Assembly: GCA_965221695.1 (NCBI GenBank)
Contig: OZ244905.1
Location: 896,001-960,000 of the forward strand
DNA length: 64,000 nucleotides
Reading direction: 5' to 3'
Source of the DNA: Gammaproteobacteria bacterium
GTDB lineage: Bacteria > Pseudomonadota > Gammaproteobacteria > Eutrophobiales > Eutrophobiaceae
In this document: piece after piece, positions 1-10,584 of the stretch
Numbering within the stretch: position 1 is the first letter of the stretch
How the letters are laid out: every line of letters begins with the position of its first letter
Position numbers and translations under genes: made by a program
Notes under the pieces: generated by a model
Databases searched by the model: none
Told to the model about the DNA's origin: nothing
Seen by the model: the letters and a program-made list of their open reading frames with translations, nothing else

Positions 1-207
1 GAAAACCTGCGTTTCATCGAACCCGTGGGCATCGGCGACACCATCCAGGTAAAGATCGTGGTCAAACAGAAGATAAAGAAAGACAGGCGCCCCGATGATA
101 CCCGCGCGACGGGTGTAGTGAGATGGGCTGTGGAGATTACCAACCAGGACGACAAAACCGTAGCCTTGTACGATGTTATGACGCTGGTGGAACGTCGGGA
201 TGACTGA
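1..207 (+). CDS. paaZ: C-terminal MaoC-like hydratase domain of PaaZ (partial, runs off window start)
   Basis: Frame 1 reads [15 protein letters not shown]...[13 protein letters not shown]...LYDVMTLV, a MaoC-type tail; lies directly upstream of paaI. Confidence 0.8.
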   Translation, partial: ENLRFIEPVGIGDTIQVKIVVKQKIKKDRRPDDTRATGVVRWAVEITNQDDKTVALYDVMTLVERRDD

Positions 208-658
208 GCTCACCGGCGATGAGCTTGCACGCGCCTGCGTGAAAGCCATGTACGCCAAGGATATGGCCTCGCAAAGCATCGGCATTACCATTGGCGAGGT
301 GCATGAGGGTTATGCCCGTCTCGAGATGACCATCACTGACGGCATGTTGAACGGCCACGGCATCTGCCATGGCGGTTTCATCTTTACCCTGGCGGACACG
401 GCCTTTGCCTGCGCCTGCAACACCCGCAACGACGTGAACGTAGCGCAGAAGTGCGGCATCGAGTTCAAACGGCCGGGCAGAGCCGGTGATCGGCTGGCGG
501 CGACTGCCGAACATAAGTCACAGGATGGCCGTTACGGACGCTACCAGGTCAGGGTCACCGACCAGGACGGCAACCTGGTCGCCCTGTTCGAGGGACACTC
601 ATGCCAGGTGAGAGGGAAACTGCTGCAAAACCAGGGGTCGGAGTTAGGTAAGCTCTGA
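200..658 (+). CDS. paaI: Hydroxyphenylacetyl-CoA thioesterase PaaI
   Basis: Hotdog motif [26 protein letters not shown]. Confidence 0.9.
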   Translation: MTELTGDELARACVKAMYAKDMASQSIGITIGEVHEGYARLEMTITDGMLNGHGICHGGFIFTLADTAFACACNTRNDVNVAQKCGIEFKRPGRAGDRLAATAEHKSQDGRYGRYQVRVTDQDGNLVALFEGHSCQVRGKLLQNQGSELGKL

Positions 659-680
659 CTTAATCTCAGAGGTTTCTTAA
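644..680. repeat. Mini (37 bp) copy of the TTAA-flanked MITE family
   Basis: ttaggtaagctctga-cttaatc-tcagaggtttcttaa; contains the stop codons of both convergent flanking genes. Confidence 0.75.
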
Positions 681-1201
681 TCAGCTTGCAGATTCGCCAG
701 GTCCGCAAGGACCTCGGCGCTGTGGGTATCGGGGTCCACTTTTCGGTAGGTCTTTGCAATCTTGCCGGCGGGGTCAATGATAAAGGTATGCCGCGCGGCG
801 ATGGTCATGCCCAGCCACTTTGTCAGAGAGCCGTATTGCCTGGCTGTTTCGCCTTCGGCGTCGGACAACAGCGGAAACGGCAAACCATATTTTTCCGCGA
901 AGCGGGCGTGGCTTTCGGCGCTGTCGAGACTGACGCCAAGCACTTCCGCATCCAAAGCCCGCAGTTTGAAGATGTCATCGCGGAAATTGCACGCCTCGGT
1001 GGTGCAACCGGGCGTATCGTCTTTGGGATAAAAGTACAACACCACCCACTTGCCCTGGTACTGCTCCAGGCTATGGGTTTTCATGTGCTGATCCTGCATC
1101 ACAAACCCGGGCGCAGGTTGCCCGGCCTGAAGCTCGGCAGCCGCGACCTGATGTCCGAACAGAAAGCAGACCAGAAAAGAGATTGATCTCACTATTACCA
1201 T
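677..1201 (-). CDS. Peroxiredoxin, BCP/PrxQ family, with signal peptide
   Basis: YFYPKDDTPGCTTEAC motif; start moved to ATG 1201 because the longer ORF runs into the MITE. Confidence 0.9.
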   Translation of the reverse strand: MVIVRSISFLVCFLFGHQVAAAELQAGQPAPGFVMQDQHMKTHSLEQYQGKWVVLYFYPKDDTPGCTTEACNFRDDIFKLRALDAEVLGVSLDSAESHARFAEKYGLPFPLLSDAEGETARQYGSLTKWLGMTIAARHTFIIDPAGKIAKTYRKVDPDTHSAEVLADLANLQAD

Positions 1202-1224
1202 AAGGTGATTATACACGGGATGAA

Positions 1225-1383
1225 TTAAGGAAGCTCTGATTAAGTCAGAGCTTCCTGCGATACAGGGATGTATCGCTAAATTCGATGACGATAAGTCATT
1301 GAATTTGTGAGCAAAATAAAAATCGCATTTTTGTTTTGCGTGCCCTGACAAGTCCAGGATGGACTTGTTCAGAGCTTCCTTAA
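1225..1383 (+). mobile_element. 159-bp MITE, full-length copy 1
   Basis: Terminal inverted repeats ttaaggaagctctga...tcagagcttccttaa; same-length copies at 24257, 31581 and 52289. Confidence 0.85.
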
Positions 1384-1411
1384 CATGGATACACAGGATG
1401 AACAGGATGAT
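1384..1411. repeat. ACAGGAT-family repeat (TTAACATGG terminus)
   Basis: catggatacacaggatgaacaggatg; related to copies at 10501, 22506, 28115 and 54025. Confidence 0.6.
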
Positions 1412-1416
1412 TTTAC

Positions 1417-1486
1417 TAGCTGGCCTGCGACGCGGGGATGCATCGCTCAGAGAAGTGCTGGATGGACACGTTCAGAGTTTCCTTAG
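1417..1486 (+). repeat. Degenerate short-form MITE copy
   Basis: cctgcgacgcggggatgcatcg|ctcagagaagtgctggatggacacgttcagagtttcctta joins the MITE left-inner and right parts, as in the 32873 copy. Confidence 0.6.
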
Positions 1487-1525
1487 TATACTCTCCTTTA
1501 GCGTTCGACTGACGGGGGTTCTTCC

Positions 1526-2617
1526 ATGGCTTCACAGACTCTTGCTGAGAGACAACAGAAACTGGCCTCAATTTCAGCGGCGAGTATGGCCGATCGCGAC
1601 ACACCACTGATCAGGAATGCCTGGTATGTGGCTGCGCGCAGCGATGAAATCACTCGCAAGCTGTTTTCCCGGCAATACCTGGGCGTCAGCGTTGTGCTGT
1701 TTCGCAAGGAGAATGGTACGCCGGTGGCTTTGCAGAACCGTTGCTGCCATCGCTCGTTTCCATTGGCTGAGGGTAAGCTGTACGGTGATGTGCTGGAATG
1801 CGGTTATCACGGCTTCCGCTATAACACCGACGGCAGGTGTGTGGCGGTGCCATCGCAGAAACGCCCGCCACAAAATATCGGCCTGCGCACGTTTCCGGTT
1901 GTGGAGAAAAAACCTTTTATCTGGATCTGGCCGGGCGACCCGGACAAGGCGGACGAGGCCCTCCTACCAAACCAGTTCTACCTGGACCACCCGGACTGGG
2001 CGGTTAACATCGGTTTCCTGAACATAAAAGGCAGCTATGTCAGCCTGCATGAAAACCTGCTGGACTTGTCGCACCTGAGCTTCCTGCATGACAAGACCTT
2101 CGGCACGCCGGAATATGCGCGCGCGCCGATTGAAGACACGGTCGGTGACGAACATTTTGAGGTGTGGCGGCACGTGGAATGCGTGTTGCCGCCGATTTAC
2201 GCCAAGCCGCTGGGTTGGGAGGGCGAAAAAGCCATGCGCAGTTCCGGCTCGCTGTTTGTCAGCCCCGGCCTGCACGTTAACTCCGGCATCCTGAAAAACC
2301 TGGACAAACCGGAAAAAATGCAAAAACTGCAGCCTCTTATCAAAGTGGCGCAGTTGATAACCCCGGAAACCAATACCTCGACAAATTATTATTACGCCCA
2401 GTGTCGCAACTTCTGTTTACACGATGAAGAAATGGGCGCGTTCATGCTGAAAGCCAACCAGGCCGCATTCAGCGAGGATGTGTTTGCGATCGAACACATC
2501 AACAGGATGCAAGACACCGATCAGACGCCCGGCTTCTTTGAGGTCGACGTGCCGGCAGACCGCGCCGGCATCGCAATGCGCCGCCACCTGAAAAAAATGG
2601 CGGACGCAGAGCGGTAG
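1526..2617 (+). CDS. Rieske non-heme iron oxygenase, VanA/TsaM-like O-demethylase/monooxygenase subunit
   Basis: Rieske CCHR...CGYHG; mononuclear iron motif ENLLDLSHLSFLH; C-terminal AFSED. Confidence 0.85.
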   Translation: MASQTLAERQQKLASISAASMADRDTPLIRNAWYVAARSDEITRKLFSRQYLGVSVVLFRKENGTPVALQNRCCHRSFPLAEGKLYGDVLECGYHGFRYNTDGRCVAVPSQKRPPQNIGLRTFPVVEKKPFIWIWPGDPDKADEALLPNQFYLDHPDWAVNIGFLNIKGSYVSLHENLLDLSHLSFLHDKTFGTPEYARAPIEDTVGDEHFEVWRHVECVLPPIYAKPLGWEGEKAMRSSGSLFVSPGLHVNSGILKNLDKPEKMQKLQPLIKVAQLITPETNTSTNYYYAQCRNFCLHDEEMGAFMLKANQAAFSEDVFAIEHINRMQDTDQTPGFFEVDVPADRAGIAMRRHLKKMADAER

Positions 2618-2684
2618 CCCATGAGAGCGCGGACATCCAGAATCAAGACAAGCGCAGGATTCATAAATTTTTTTAAAAAAAGTG

Positions 2685-2730
2685 TTGACATCTAAGAATC
2701 AACCTCTATAATACTTAGTTAAGTAACTAA
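2685..2730 (+). promoter_or_regulatory. Consensus sigma70 promoter followed by a palindromic operator
   Basis: TTGACA (2685-2690), 16-nt spacer, TATAAT (2707-2712), then ttagtt-aagt-aactaa (2715-2730). Confidence 0.75.
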
Positions 2731-2743
2731 CAAAGTTTTGTTT

Positions 2744-3337
2744 ATGCCCAGATTAAGTGATAAACGTGAACGTTTGATTAGTGCAGCCGATGCTCTGATA
2801 CACAGGCAGGGTTTTTATCGCACCACGCTAGCAGACATTGCCGAAGAGGCAAAAGTGCCGTTGGGAAACGTGTATTACTATTTCAAGACCAAGGAGGATA
2901 TCTGCAAGGCGGTTGTCACAGAACGGAAGCAGGCATTATCAAATATGCTCAAGAGTTGTTGCAGGAGAAGGGATCCAATGGACGCGTTGATGAACCTGGT
3001 CAAGGTAATGATAGGCCATAGCAGGGAACTGGCCGAAGCAGGATGCCCTCTCGGCGGCCTGTCCCAGGAACTGGATGAGCAATGCGGTGAGTTGATGGAT
3101 TGCGCTGATAGCTGTATGAAGTACCTGGTGGATTGGTCAACAGAGCAATTTCGCCTGATGGGTTTAAAGCGGGCTGAGGAACTGGGTTTCGAGTTCGTAT
3201 CACGTGTGCAGGGAATTATTTTGCTGGCCAACATATTAAATGATCCCCGGCAATTGAAACAGCAACTCAAGTCGGTGGCTGAATGGATAAAAAGCCTGGC
3301 CCCGCACTGCCGGAATGAGCAACGGGCTGCCGCATAA
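2744..3337 (+). CDS. TetR/AcrR family regulator (NemR/LmrA-like, Cys-rich)
   Basis: HTH TTLADIAEEAKVPLGNVYYYFKTK; GCPLG motif. Confidence 0.9.
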   Translation: MPRLSDKRERLISAADALIHRQGFYRTTLADIAEEAKVPLGNVYYYFKTKEDICKAVVTERKQALSNMLKSCCRRRDPMDALMNLVKVMIGHSRELAEAGCPLGGLSQELDEQCGELMDCADSCMKYLVDWSTEQFRLMGLKRAEELGFEFVSRVQGIILLANILNDPRQLKQQLKSVAEWIKSLAPHCRNEQRAAA

Positions 3338-3365
3338 CAGGACAGCAACTATTTTTTTATAGAAA

Positions 3366-3387
3366 CTAAGTTAGTTATTTAACTTAG
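3366..3387. promoter_or_regulatory. Second putative TetR operator
   Basis: Perfect inverted repeat ctaagtta-N6-taacttag containing ttagtt-N4-aactta. Confidence 0.55.
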
Positions 3388-3501
3388 AAAGGTATGAAAC
3401 TTATGACATTGTATATCGAAGAAGACTCTCATAGTCGCAATGTCTGTTGGCTGTGGGCCGTATTTATCTAAAACCCTTGAAAATTTATTTTTAGCCCATA
3501 T

Positions 3502-3517
3502 TTAGTTAGACAACTTA
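3502..3517. promoter_or_regulatory. Third putative TetR operator
   Basis: ttagtt-agac-aactta just upstream of the SD aaggag and ATG 3538. Confidence 0.5.
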
Positions 3518-3537
3518 CATAGAAAAGGAGAACGACC

Positions 3538-3828
3538 ATGAAAACTTTGATCGGAAAAACGTTTGCTGTCACCTTGATTGCCAGTTTACTGACCCTGGCC
3601 AGCGTGGAGAATCACGCGGGCGAACTCGACAGCTACCTGGATGAGGCCATGCGCACCCAGGTTCTCGAGGAATTGAAAGAAAACATGCAGCGCCTGTACG
3701 AAGGCGAGGCGTTTATTCCTGCAACGGGTTACCAGGTAAACGCCCTGCAGGTACAGGACTTCGGATTTTCTATCGCCAATCGGAAAATTGCGGTTCCGGA
3801 CTTTTATCGGGTTGGCGTAGTGAATTGA
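3538..3828 (+). CDS. Hypothetical exported protein
   Basis: Strong SD, signal-peptide-like N-terminus, terminator downstream. Confidence 0.7.
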   Translation: MKTLIGKTFAVTLIASLLTLASVENHAGELDSYLDEAMRTQVLEELKENMQRLYEGEAFIPATGYQVNALQVQDFGFSIANRKIAVPDFYRVGVVN

Positions 3829-3879
3829 GACAGGTTTACCCCCCTCTATCCCCCGGGAGTTTCCATACTCCCATACTTG

Positions 3880-3920
3880 GCCGCCACCGGTCCTCCCCCT
3901 CTGGTGGCGGCATTTTTTTT
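3880..3920 (+). terminator. Rho-independent terminator
   Basis: gccgccaccgg/ctggtggcggc stem followed by a T8 tract. Confidence 0.8.
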
Positions 3921-3999
3921 CTGCTTCAAGACAGGCAAATACTTGCCTGGTCAAGCCTTTCATTCCCATTCCGGTTATAATTCCTGAAACTATTCAACA

Positions 4000-6678
4000 A
4001 TGACTGAAACTACTGAACGCATGCTGGAAAAAACAACAGACATCGACCCTCAGGAAACTCAGGAGTGGCTCGAAGCCCTGGATTCAGTCATGGCCCGGGA
4101 TGGCACAGAACGGGCACATTACCTGCTTGAACAACTGGTTGCCAGGGCCAGGAAATCCGGCGCCTACCTGCCCTATTCGGCCAATACCGCTTACCTGAAT
4201 ACTATCCCGCCGGCGCGGGAAGAACGAACGCCGGGTGATGCCGGTATTGAATGGCGCATCCGCTCGCTGATACGCTGGAATGCGCTGGCCATGGTGGTCA
4301 GGGCCAATCGTCTGAACAGCGAGTTGGGCGGGCATATCGCCAGCTTTGCATCCTCGGCCACCTTGTACGATGTGGGTTTCAACCATTTTTTTCGATCCAC
4401 CAACGAAAAACAAGCGGGCGATTTGATATTCATACAAGGCCATTCAGCGCCGGGAATTTACGCCCGCGCTTTTCTCTACGGCGAAATAACAGAAGAACAA
4501 TTGAACAAGTTTCGTCAGGAAGTGGATGGCGACGGTCTGTCTTCTTACCCGCATCCCTGGCTGATGCCCGATTTCTGGCAGTTCCCCACGGTTTCCATGG
4601 GGCTGGGACCGTTGATGGCCATTTACCAGGCGCGGTTTTTGCGCTACCTGGAGCACCGGGGATTAGTCCCGGCCAGCGACAGGAAGATCTGGGCATTCAT
4701 GGGAGACGGCGAAATGGATGAGCCGGAAGCGCTCGGCTCTATCGGTCTGGCCGCCCGGGAAAATCTGGACAACCTGATCTTTGTGATCAATTGCAACCTG
4801 CAACGCCTGGACGGCCCGGTACGCGGCAACGGCAAAATCATACAGGAGCTGGAGGCCGATTTTCGCGGCGCCGGCTGGAATGTGATCAAGGTTATCTGGG
4901 GTTCCTATTGGGACCCGCTGATTGCCCGCGACACCGACGGCAAACTCCTCAAGGTAATGGAGGAGACGGTGGATGGCGAGTACCAGGCCTACAAAGCCAA
5001 CGACGGCGCTTATGTGCGCGAACGGTTTTTCGGCAAATACCCGGAGTTAAAAGCGTTGGTTGCGAACATGTCGGATGAGGATATCTGGCGCCTTAACCGC
5101 GGCGGACATGACCCGCACAAGGTCTATGCAGCTTATGCCGCAGCGATGAAACACCAGGGACAACCGACCGTTATATTGGCGAAGACTGTGAAGGGCTATG
5201 GCATGGGGGAAGCGGGCGAAGGCCAGAACATCACCCACCAGCAGAAGAAAATGGGAGAGGAAACACTGAAAGCATTCCGCGATCGTTTCAATATCCCGGT
5301 TTCCGACGAAGATGTTGCCAACGCCGCCTTCTACAAACCGCCGGAAGATAGCCCGGAATTAACCTACATGCGCGGGCGTCGGGAAAAACTGGGTGGTTTC
5401 CTGTTGCAGAAATGGCCACAAGCGTCAAAACACCAGATGCCGGATGCGCAAATACATGACAAGCTGCTGGCCGGCACAGGCAAGCGGGAGATTTCCACTA
5501 CGATGGCCTTTGTGCGTATTCTTACCGCATTGGTCAAGGACCAGCACATCGGTAAATTCATCGTTCCTATTGTGCCCGACGAAGCGCGCACATTCGGGAT
5601 GGAAGGCATGTTCAGACAACTGGGCATATACTCCTCGGCAGGCCAGTTATACGAACCGGTCGACAGCAGCCAAGTGATGTATTACCGCGAAGACAAACAG
5701 GGTCAGATACTGCAGGAAGGCATTAACGAAGCAGGCGCGTTTTCATCCTGGATGGCCGCGGCCACCGCGTATAAGCATCACAGCGTGCAAATGATACCTT
5801 TCTATATTTTTTACTCGATGTTCGGCTTTCAACGCGTTGGCGACCTGGCCTGGGCAGCCGGCGACCTGCGCTCACGCGGTTTTCTCATCGGCGGCACAGC
5901 CGGTCGCACCACGCTGGCCGGCGAAGGGCTGCAACACCAGGATGGCCACAGCCACCTGCTGGCTTCAGCGATACCCAACTGCGTGGCATATGACCCGGCT
6001 TATGCCTACGAGTTGGCGGTGATCATTCACGACGGCCTGCGGCGGATGTATACGGACGACGAGGATATTTATTACTACATCACGGTGATGAATGAAAACT
6101 ATCCGCACCCGCCGCTGCCGGATAATGCAATCGAAGGCATATTGAAAGGTATGTATAAACTGCAAGGAAGCGATGCGAAAGCGGCGCAAGTGCGGTTGTT
6201 GGGCTCGGGAACGATTCTGCGTGAGATATTAGCCGCAAAAGCGCTGCTGGAAGATGATTTTGCAATCGCCGCCGAGGTTTGGAGCGTGACTTCTTTCAAC
6301 GAATTACGCCGTGACGGCCTGGCAGTAGAACGCCGGAACCGTTTGCACCCGGAAGCAAAGCCCAAACAGAGTTATGTCAGCCAATGCCTGGGCAATACAA
6401 CGATACCAACGATTGCGGCCACCGATTATATGAAAACATATGCCGACCAGATACGCCAGTTCGTGCCGGGGATATACCTGGCGCTGGGCACGGACGGATA
6501 CGGGCGCAGCGATACCCGCGCCAAGTTGAGAAGTTTCTTTGAAGTAGACCGTTATCACATCGCTGTGGCCGCCCTGAAGGTATTGGCGGATGCAGGAGCA
6601 ACGCCCACCGCCACAGTCAGCGACGCTATCAAACGCTACGACATTAACCCGGACAAACCCGGTCCGGCCACTGCATAA
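4000..6678 (+). CDS. aceE: Pyruvate dehydrogenase E1, homodimeric type
   Basis: DIDPQETQEW, GDGEMDEPE TPP motif, FPTVSMGLGP. Confidence 0.97.
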   Translation: MTETTERMLEKTTDIDPQETQEWLEALDSVMARDGTERAHYLLEQLVARARKSGAYLPYSANTAYLNTIPPAREERTPGDAGIEWRIRSLIRWNALAMVVRANRLNSELGGHIASFASSATLYDVGFNHFFRSTNEKQAGDLIFIQGHSAPGIYARAFLYGEITEEQLNKFRQEVDGDGLSSYPHPWLMPDFWQFPTVSMGLGPLMAIYQARFLRYLEHRGLVPASDRKIWAFMGDGEMDEPEALGSIGLAARENLDNLIFVINCNLQRLDGPVRGNGKIIQELEADFRGAGWNVIKVIWGSYWDPLIARDTDGKLLKVMEETVDGEYQAYKANDGAYVRERFFGKYPELKALVANMSDEDIWRLNRGGHDPHKVYAAYAAAMKHQGQPTVILAKTVKGYGMGEAGEGQNITHQQKKMGEETLKAFRDRFNIPVSDEDVANAAFYKPPEDSPELTYMRGRREKLGGFLLQKWPQASKHQMPDAQIHDKLLAGTGKREISTTMAFVRILTALVKDQHIGKFIVPIVPDEARTFGMEGMFRQLGIYSSAGQLYEPVDSSQVMYYREDKQGQILQEGINEAGAFSSWMAAATAYKHHSVQMIPFYIFYSMFGFQRVGDLAWAAGDLRSRGFLIGGTAGRTTLAGEGLQHQDGHSHLLASAIPNCVAYDPAYAYELAVIIHDGLRRMYTDDEDIYYYITVMNENYPHPPLPDNAIEGILKGMYKLQGSDAKAAQVRLLGSGTILREILAAKALLEDDFAIAAEVWSVTSFNELRRDGLAVERRNRLHPEAKPKQSYVSQCLGNTTIPTIAATDYMKTYADQIRQFVPGIYLALGTDGYGRSDTRAKLRSFFEVDRYHIAVAALKVLADAGATPTATVSDAIKRYDINPDKPGPATA

Positions 6679-6699
6679 TTCTGTTATCGTTATATCTTT

Positions 6700-8130
6700 A
6701 TGAGCAAGCTATCCGATATTACTGTCCCCAATATCGGGGATTTTGATGCGGTTGAGATCATTGATATCGCCGTTAAAGTGGGCGACCGAGTCGACCTGGA
6801 AGACACGCTGGTCACGCTGGAGTCTGATAAAGCCAGTATGGACGTGCCGGCTGCTGCGACCGGCATCGTTAAGGAAATTCTTGTCAACATTGGCGACGCG
6901 GTGTCCGAAGGCAATTTGCTGATGCGCTTTGAAGAAGGAGAGAAGCAGGCCGCCACTGAGCCGCAATCTACGAAGTCAGACAAACCTGCCGAGGAGCAGG
7001 ACATGGCTGCGGATAAAGCATCCGAATCCATCACCGCGCCGCTGGCTGCGGCGCCTGACAAGACTGGACAGCCGAGTAAGACCGCCGCAAAAAAAGCAAC
7101 TGGCAACGATAACGGCATAGTCAAATCGGCAGCGTTGGCCGCCGATGAAGACAGCGATGCGCCGGGCGCGTACGCCCCGCCACCGGCGCCGGCAGCGCCG
7201 GCAAGCGCGCAAACCGTCGGTTCCAGCGCTTCCGCCCAGGCACATGCGAGCCCGGCAGTACGCAAATTGGCGCGCGAGCTGGGTGTGGACCTGGGCCTGG
7301 TCAAGGGCACCGGCAAAAGAAACCGCATCCTGAAGGAAGACGTAACCGCTTTTACCAAGACCGTGATGACGGGAACACGCGTGTTCGACGGGCCCGCGCT
7401 TCAGGAAGTCCCGCCCGTGGACTTTTCCAGGTTTGGTCCGGTGGAAACCCGTCCGCTGCCGCGTCTGAAACAGCTCGGCGGCCAGAACCTGCATCGCAAC
7501 TGGGTCAACGCACCCCATGTCACCCAATTCGACGAAACGGATATCACTGAACTGGAAGCCTTTCGCCTGTCGAAAAAGTCCGACGCGCAACGGCGCGGCG
7601 TCAAGCTCACCCTGCTCAGTTTCCTGGTCAAGGCGGTGGTGGTTGCGCTGAAGAAGTTACCGGAATTCAACACTTCCCTGGGGCCGGACGGCAAGCAACT
7701 GATTTACAAGCAATACTTCCATATCGGAGTGGCGGTGAACACCGATCAGGGCTTGCTGGTACCGGTAGTGAAGGATGCCAACCTTAAAGGTATGTTCGAG
7801 TTGGCTGAGGAACTCACCGAGCTGGCGCAAAAGGCCAGGGATAAAAAACTGCGCCCCGCGGACATGGAGGGCGGCTGTTTCACCATCAGCAGCCTGGGCC
7901 ATATCGGCGGCACGGGATTCACACCCATCATCAATTCCCCGGAAGTCGCGATACTCGGCGTTTCCCGGGCAACGATGAAACCGGTCTACCAGGATGGCAG
8001 TTTCGAACCCCGGCTGATCCTGCCCTACGCCTTGTCTTACGACCACCGCGTCATTGACGGTGTCGCCGCCGCGCAATTCACCCGGACACTGGGTGAAATC
8101 CTGACGGATATCCGGGACATTCTGCTGTGA
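6700..8130 (+). CDS. aceF: Dihydrolipoamide acetyltransferase E2 (one lipoyl domain)
   Basis: ESDKASM lipoyl site, [19 protein letters not shown]. Confidence 0.95.
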   Translation: MSKLSDITVPNIGDFDAVEIIDIAVKVGDRVDLEDTLVTLESDKASMDVPAAATGIVKEILVNIGDAVSEGNLLMRFEEGEKQAATEPQSTKSDKPAEEQDMAADKASESITAPLAAAPDKTGQPSKTAAKKATGNDNGIVKSAALAADEDSDAPGAYAPPPAPAAPASAQTVGSSASAQAHASPAVRKLARELGVDLGLVKGTGKRNRILKEDVTAFTKTVMTGTRVFDGPALQEVPPVDFSRFGPVETRPLPRLKQLGGQNLHRNWVNAPHVTQFDETDITELEAFRLSKKSDAQRRGVKLTLLSFLVKAVVVALKKLPEFNTSLGPDGKQLIYKQYFHIGVAVNTDQGLLVPVVKDANLKGMFELAEELTELAQKARDKKLRPADMEGGCFTISSLGHIGGTGFTPIINSPEVAILGVSRATMKPVYQDGSFEPRLILPYALSYDHRVIDGVAAAQFTRTLGEILTDIRDILL

Positions 8131-8132
8131 GC

Positions 8133-8276
8133 TATACTCTGAACAAGTCAAAATTAAGTTGAAAGAGTACTCGCCTTTACTCACTGTTACGGGGATGGCA
8201 CAGGGCTCAGGTCAGTTAGTAGAAACTTAAGTCATTGATTTTGACGGCGTATCCCTGTACCGTTGGAACCTCCTAG
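8133..8276 (-). repeat. Degenerate, chimeric MITE copy
   Basis: actctgaacaagtc...aagtcattgattttgacggcgtatccctgtaccgttggaacctc matches the reversed MITE; also contains a ttgaaagagtact arm like 49649-49683. Confidence 0.6.
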
Positions 8277-8293
8277 TTAACCGTTAAACGCCG

Positions 8294-9499
8294 ATGAGTG
8301 ATCAACCAGTGAACAAGGTCGTGCTTGCCTATTCAGGCGGATTGGATACCTCTGTCATCCTGAAATGGCTGCAGGACACCTACCAGTGCGAAGTGGTGAC
8401 ATTCACCGCGGATATCGGCCAAGGCGAGGAAGTGGCGCAGGCGCGGGCCAAGGCTGAAAGCCTGGGGGTGAAGGAGATATTCATCGAGAACCTGGTGGAA
8501 GAGTATGTCCGGGATTATGTCTTTCCGATGTTCCGCGCAAATACAATCTATGAAGGCGAATATTTATTGGGAACATCCATTGCGCGGCCGTTGGTCGCCA
8601 AACGCCTGGTGGAGATCGCCGAGGAAACAGGCGCTGAGGCAATATCCCACGGCGCCACGGGCAAGGGTAACGACCAGGTCCGATTGGAAATGGGCGCTTA
8701 CGCGCTGAAACCCGATATCAGGATCATTGCGCCGTGGCGTGAGTGGGAGTTGGACTCCCGGCAAAAACTGCTGGCTTATGCCGAACGGCACGGCATCCCC
8801 ATAGAAGCCAAGCGCGCTGGAGCATCTCCTTACTCTATGGACGCCAACCTGCTGCATATCTCCTATGAAGGCGACGACCTGGAAGACCCCTGGCAGGAAC
8901 CGGATGAATCCGTATGGCGTTGGAGTGTCGCGCCCGAGCGCGCGCCCGGTGAACCGGAAGTTATTGAACTGGATTTCAGCGCCGGCGACGCTTGCGCGCT
9001 GAACGGGGTTGCGATGTCACCGGCGCAACTGTTGAAGTCGTTAAACGAAATCGGGGGGCGGCATGGCATCGGTCGCACCGATATTGTCGAAAACCGCTAC
9101 GTGGGCATGAAATCCCGCGGCTGTTATGAAACGCCCGGCGGAACAATACTGCTGAAAGCGCATCGCGCGATGGAATCCATCACCCTGGATCGCGAGCTAA
9201 CGCACCTGAAAGACGACCTGATGCCACGCTATGCCAGGATGATTTATAACGGTTACTGGTGGAGCCCGGAACGCCTGGCGCTGCAAAAGCTGATCGATGA
9301 AAGCCAGGCAACAGTAAACGGCCGCGTGCGCCTGAAACTGTATAAAGGCAATGTCATCGTATGTGGTCGCAAATCCGATACTGACAGCCTGTTCAACCCG
9401 GATGTGGCCACCTTTGAGAGCGACGCCGGCAGCTATGACCAGAAAGACGCGGAAGGTTTCATCAAACTGAATGCGCTACGACTGCGCATGCGTCAATAA
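8294..9499 (+). CDS. argG: Argininosuccinate synthase
   Basis: [33 protein letters not shown]. Confidence 0.97.
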   Translation: MSDQPVNKVVLAYSGGLDTSVILKWLQDTYQCEVVTFTADIGQGEEVAQARAKAESLGVKEIFIENLVEEYVRDYVFPMFRANTIYEGEYLLGTSIARPLVAKRLVEIAEETGAEAISHGATGKGNDQVRLEMGAYALKPDIRIIAPWREWELDSRQKLLAYAERHGIPIEAKRAGASPYSMDANLLHISYEGDDLEDPWQEPDESVWRWSVAPERAPGEPEVIELDFSAGDACALNGVAMSPAQLLKSLNEIGGRHGIGRTDIVENRYVGMKSRGCYETPGGTILLKAHRAMESITLDRELTHLKDDLMPRYARMIYNGYWWSPERLALQKLIDESQATVNGRVRLKLYKGNVIVCGRKSDTDSLFNPDVATFESDAGSYDQKDAEGFIKLNALRLRMRQ

Positions 9500-10252
9500 A
9501 TCAACTCCCAGGATTACCTGCTTTTTCCGCATTTCTTCCAGTACCGCGCGGCCGCCGTTGATAACCGCTTCCGGGTCCGGGTGGGCTATCTCTGCGGCAA
9601 TTTGCGCGAGGACATCCCGGCCGGTTTTACCATCTTTGTTCTCTTTGATGGCATCGACCAGGCGCGCAGCCAGGGGGTTCAGTTCGATAAACCTTACCTT
9701 GTCCTGCCGATCCCGATAAACGAGCAAGCAAGTGGGTTGCGAGGGTTTTTCCTCGGGCAGATAATCGGGGCTGATACGATGCACCGGATAGTCATAGGCC
9801 AGCGACCAAGACAGTTCATTCAATAGCGGAACGCCTGAGAGCAAATCACCATCAGGATCGATGCCGTCCTGCCTGATCTCTCGAGTGTCTATCGACAAGG
9901 CCAGTTCCACCCATTCGTAGTGCGCAAGTTCCAGCACAAACGGATAAAGACCCTTGACGGATTCCTGTTCATGCTGCAGGTATTGGAGAAACTCCTGGGG
10001 CATACGGGGGAACAGCGGCGTGCGCGCCTGGTGGTTTTTGAAATACCCGCGCATCAAGCCATGCCATTCTTCATCCCTGAGCGCCTTCCTCAACACCGGG
10101 AAACTGTTCGCGAGAAAACTTTCCACGTTGCGATAAAGCAGGCCGCGATAGATCGCCATGCGGCGCTCTTCAATATCCTGCGGCGCCGGCTCGTTGTCCG
10201 GGTCACGAATGTGCCGGGTAAACTGATACTGGATATCAGTAAAGGAGTTCAT
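9476..10252 (-). CDS. DUF2063 (HvfC/BufC-like) RiPP maturation partner
   Basis: [11 protein letters not shown]...RRMAIYRGL...FPVL...[10 protein letters not shown]; downstream of DUF692; start moved to ATG 10252 because the extension is repeat-derived. Confidence 0.85.
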   Translation of the reverse strand: MNSFTDIQYQFTRHIRDPDNEPAPQDIEERRMAIYRGLLYRNVESFLANSFPVLRKALRDEEWHGLMRGYFKNHQARTPLFPRMPQEFLQYLQHEQESVKGLYPFVLELAHYEWVELALSIDTREIRQDGIDPDGDLLSGVPLLNELSWSLAYDYPVHRISPDYLPEEKPSQPTCLLVYRDRQDKVRFIELNPLAARLVDAIKENKDGKTGRDVLAQIAAEIAHPDPEAVINGGRAVLEEMRKKQVILGVDLLTHAQS

Positions 10253-10256
10253 AACA

Positions 10257-10472
10257 CCATTCCCGTGAAAACGGGATTCCAGTGAGGCAAAGGGTTGCCC
10301 TGCGGGCATACTGTATTCGACTGGACTCCCGCTTCCGCGGGAGTGGTACTGTGGTGATATTCACAGGAGCGCCCGCCATCCCATTCCCGTGAAAACGGGA
10401 ATCCAGTGAGACAAAGGGTCGCCCAGCGGGCGACACTGTATTTGACTGGACTCTCTCTTTCGTGGAGTGGTG
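10257..10472. repeat. BIME-like array of dRS3-like palindromes, two 124-bp units
   Basis: ccattcccgtgaaaacggga(t/a)tccag at 10257 and 10381; inverted ctggactcccgcttccgcgggagtgg at 10321 and a degenerate copy near 10445. Confidence 0.85.
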
Positions 10473-10500
10473 CAGAAGAATAGCCTGATTTGGGCCAACA

Positions 10501-10584
10501 GTTACATGCAATCGGGACATACAGGGATCTAATCATGCGGGTTTATGACATGTTTCATCCTGTATATCCTGTACATCAATGTGA
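10501..10584. repeat. ACAGGAT-family repeat
   Basis: atcctgtatatcctgtacatcaatgtgaa; overlaps the DUF692 stop codon. Confidence 0.55.
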
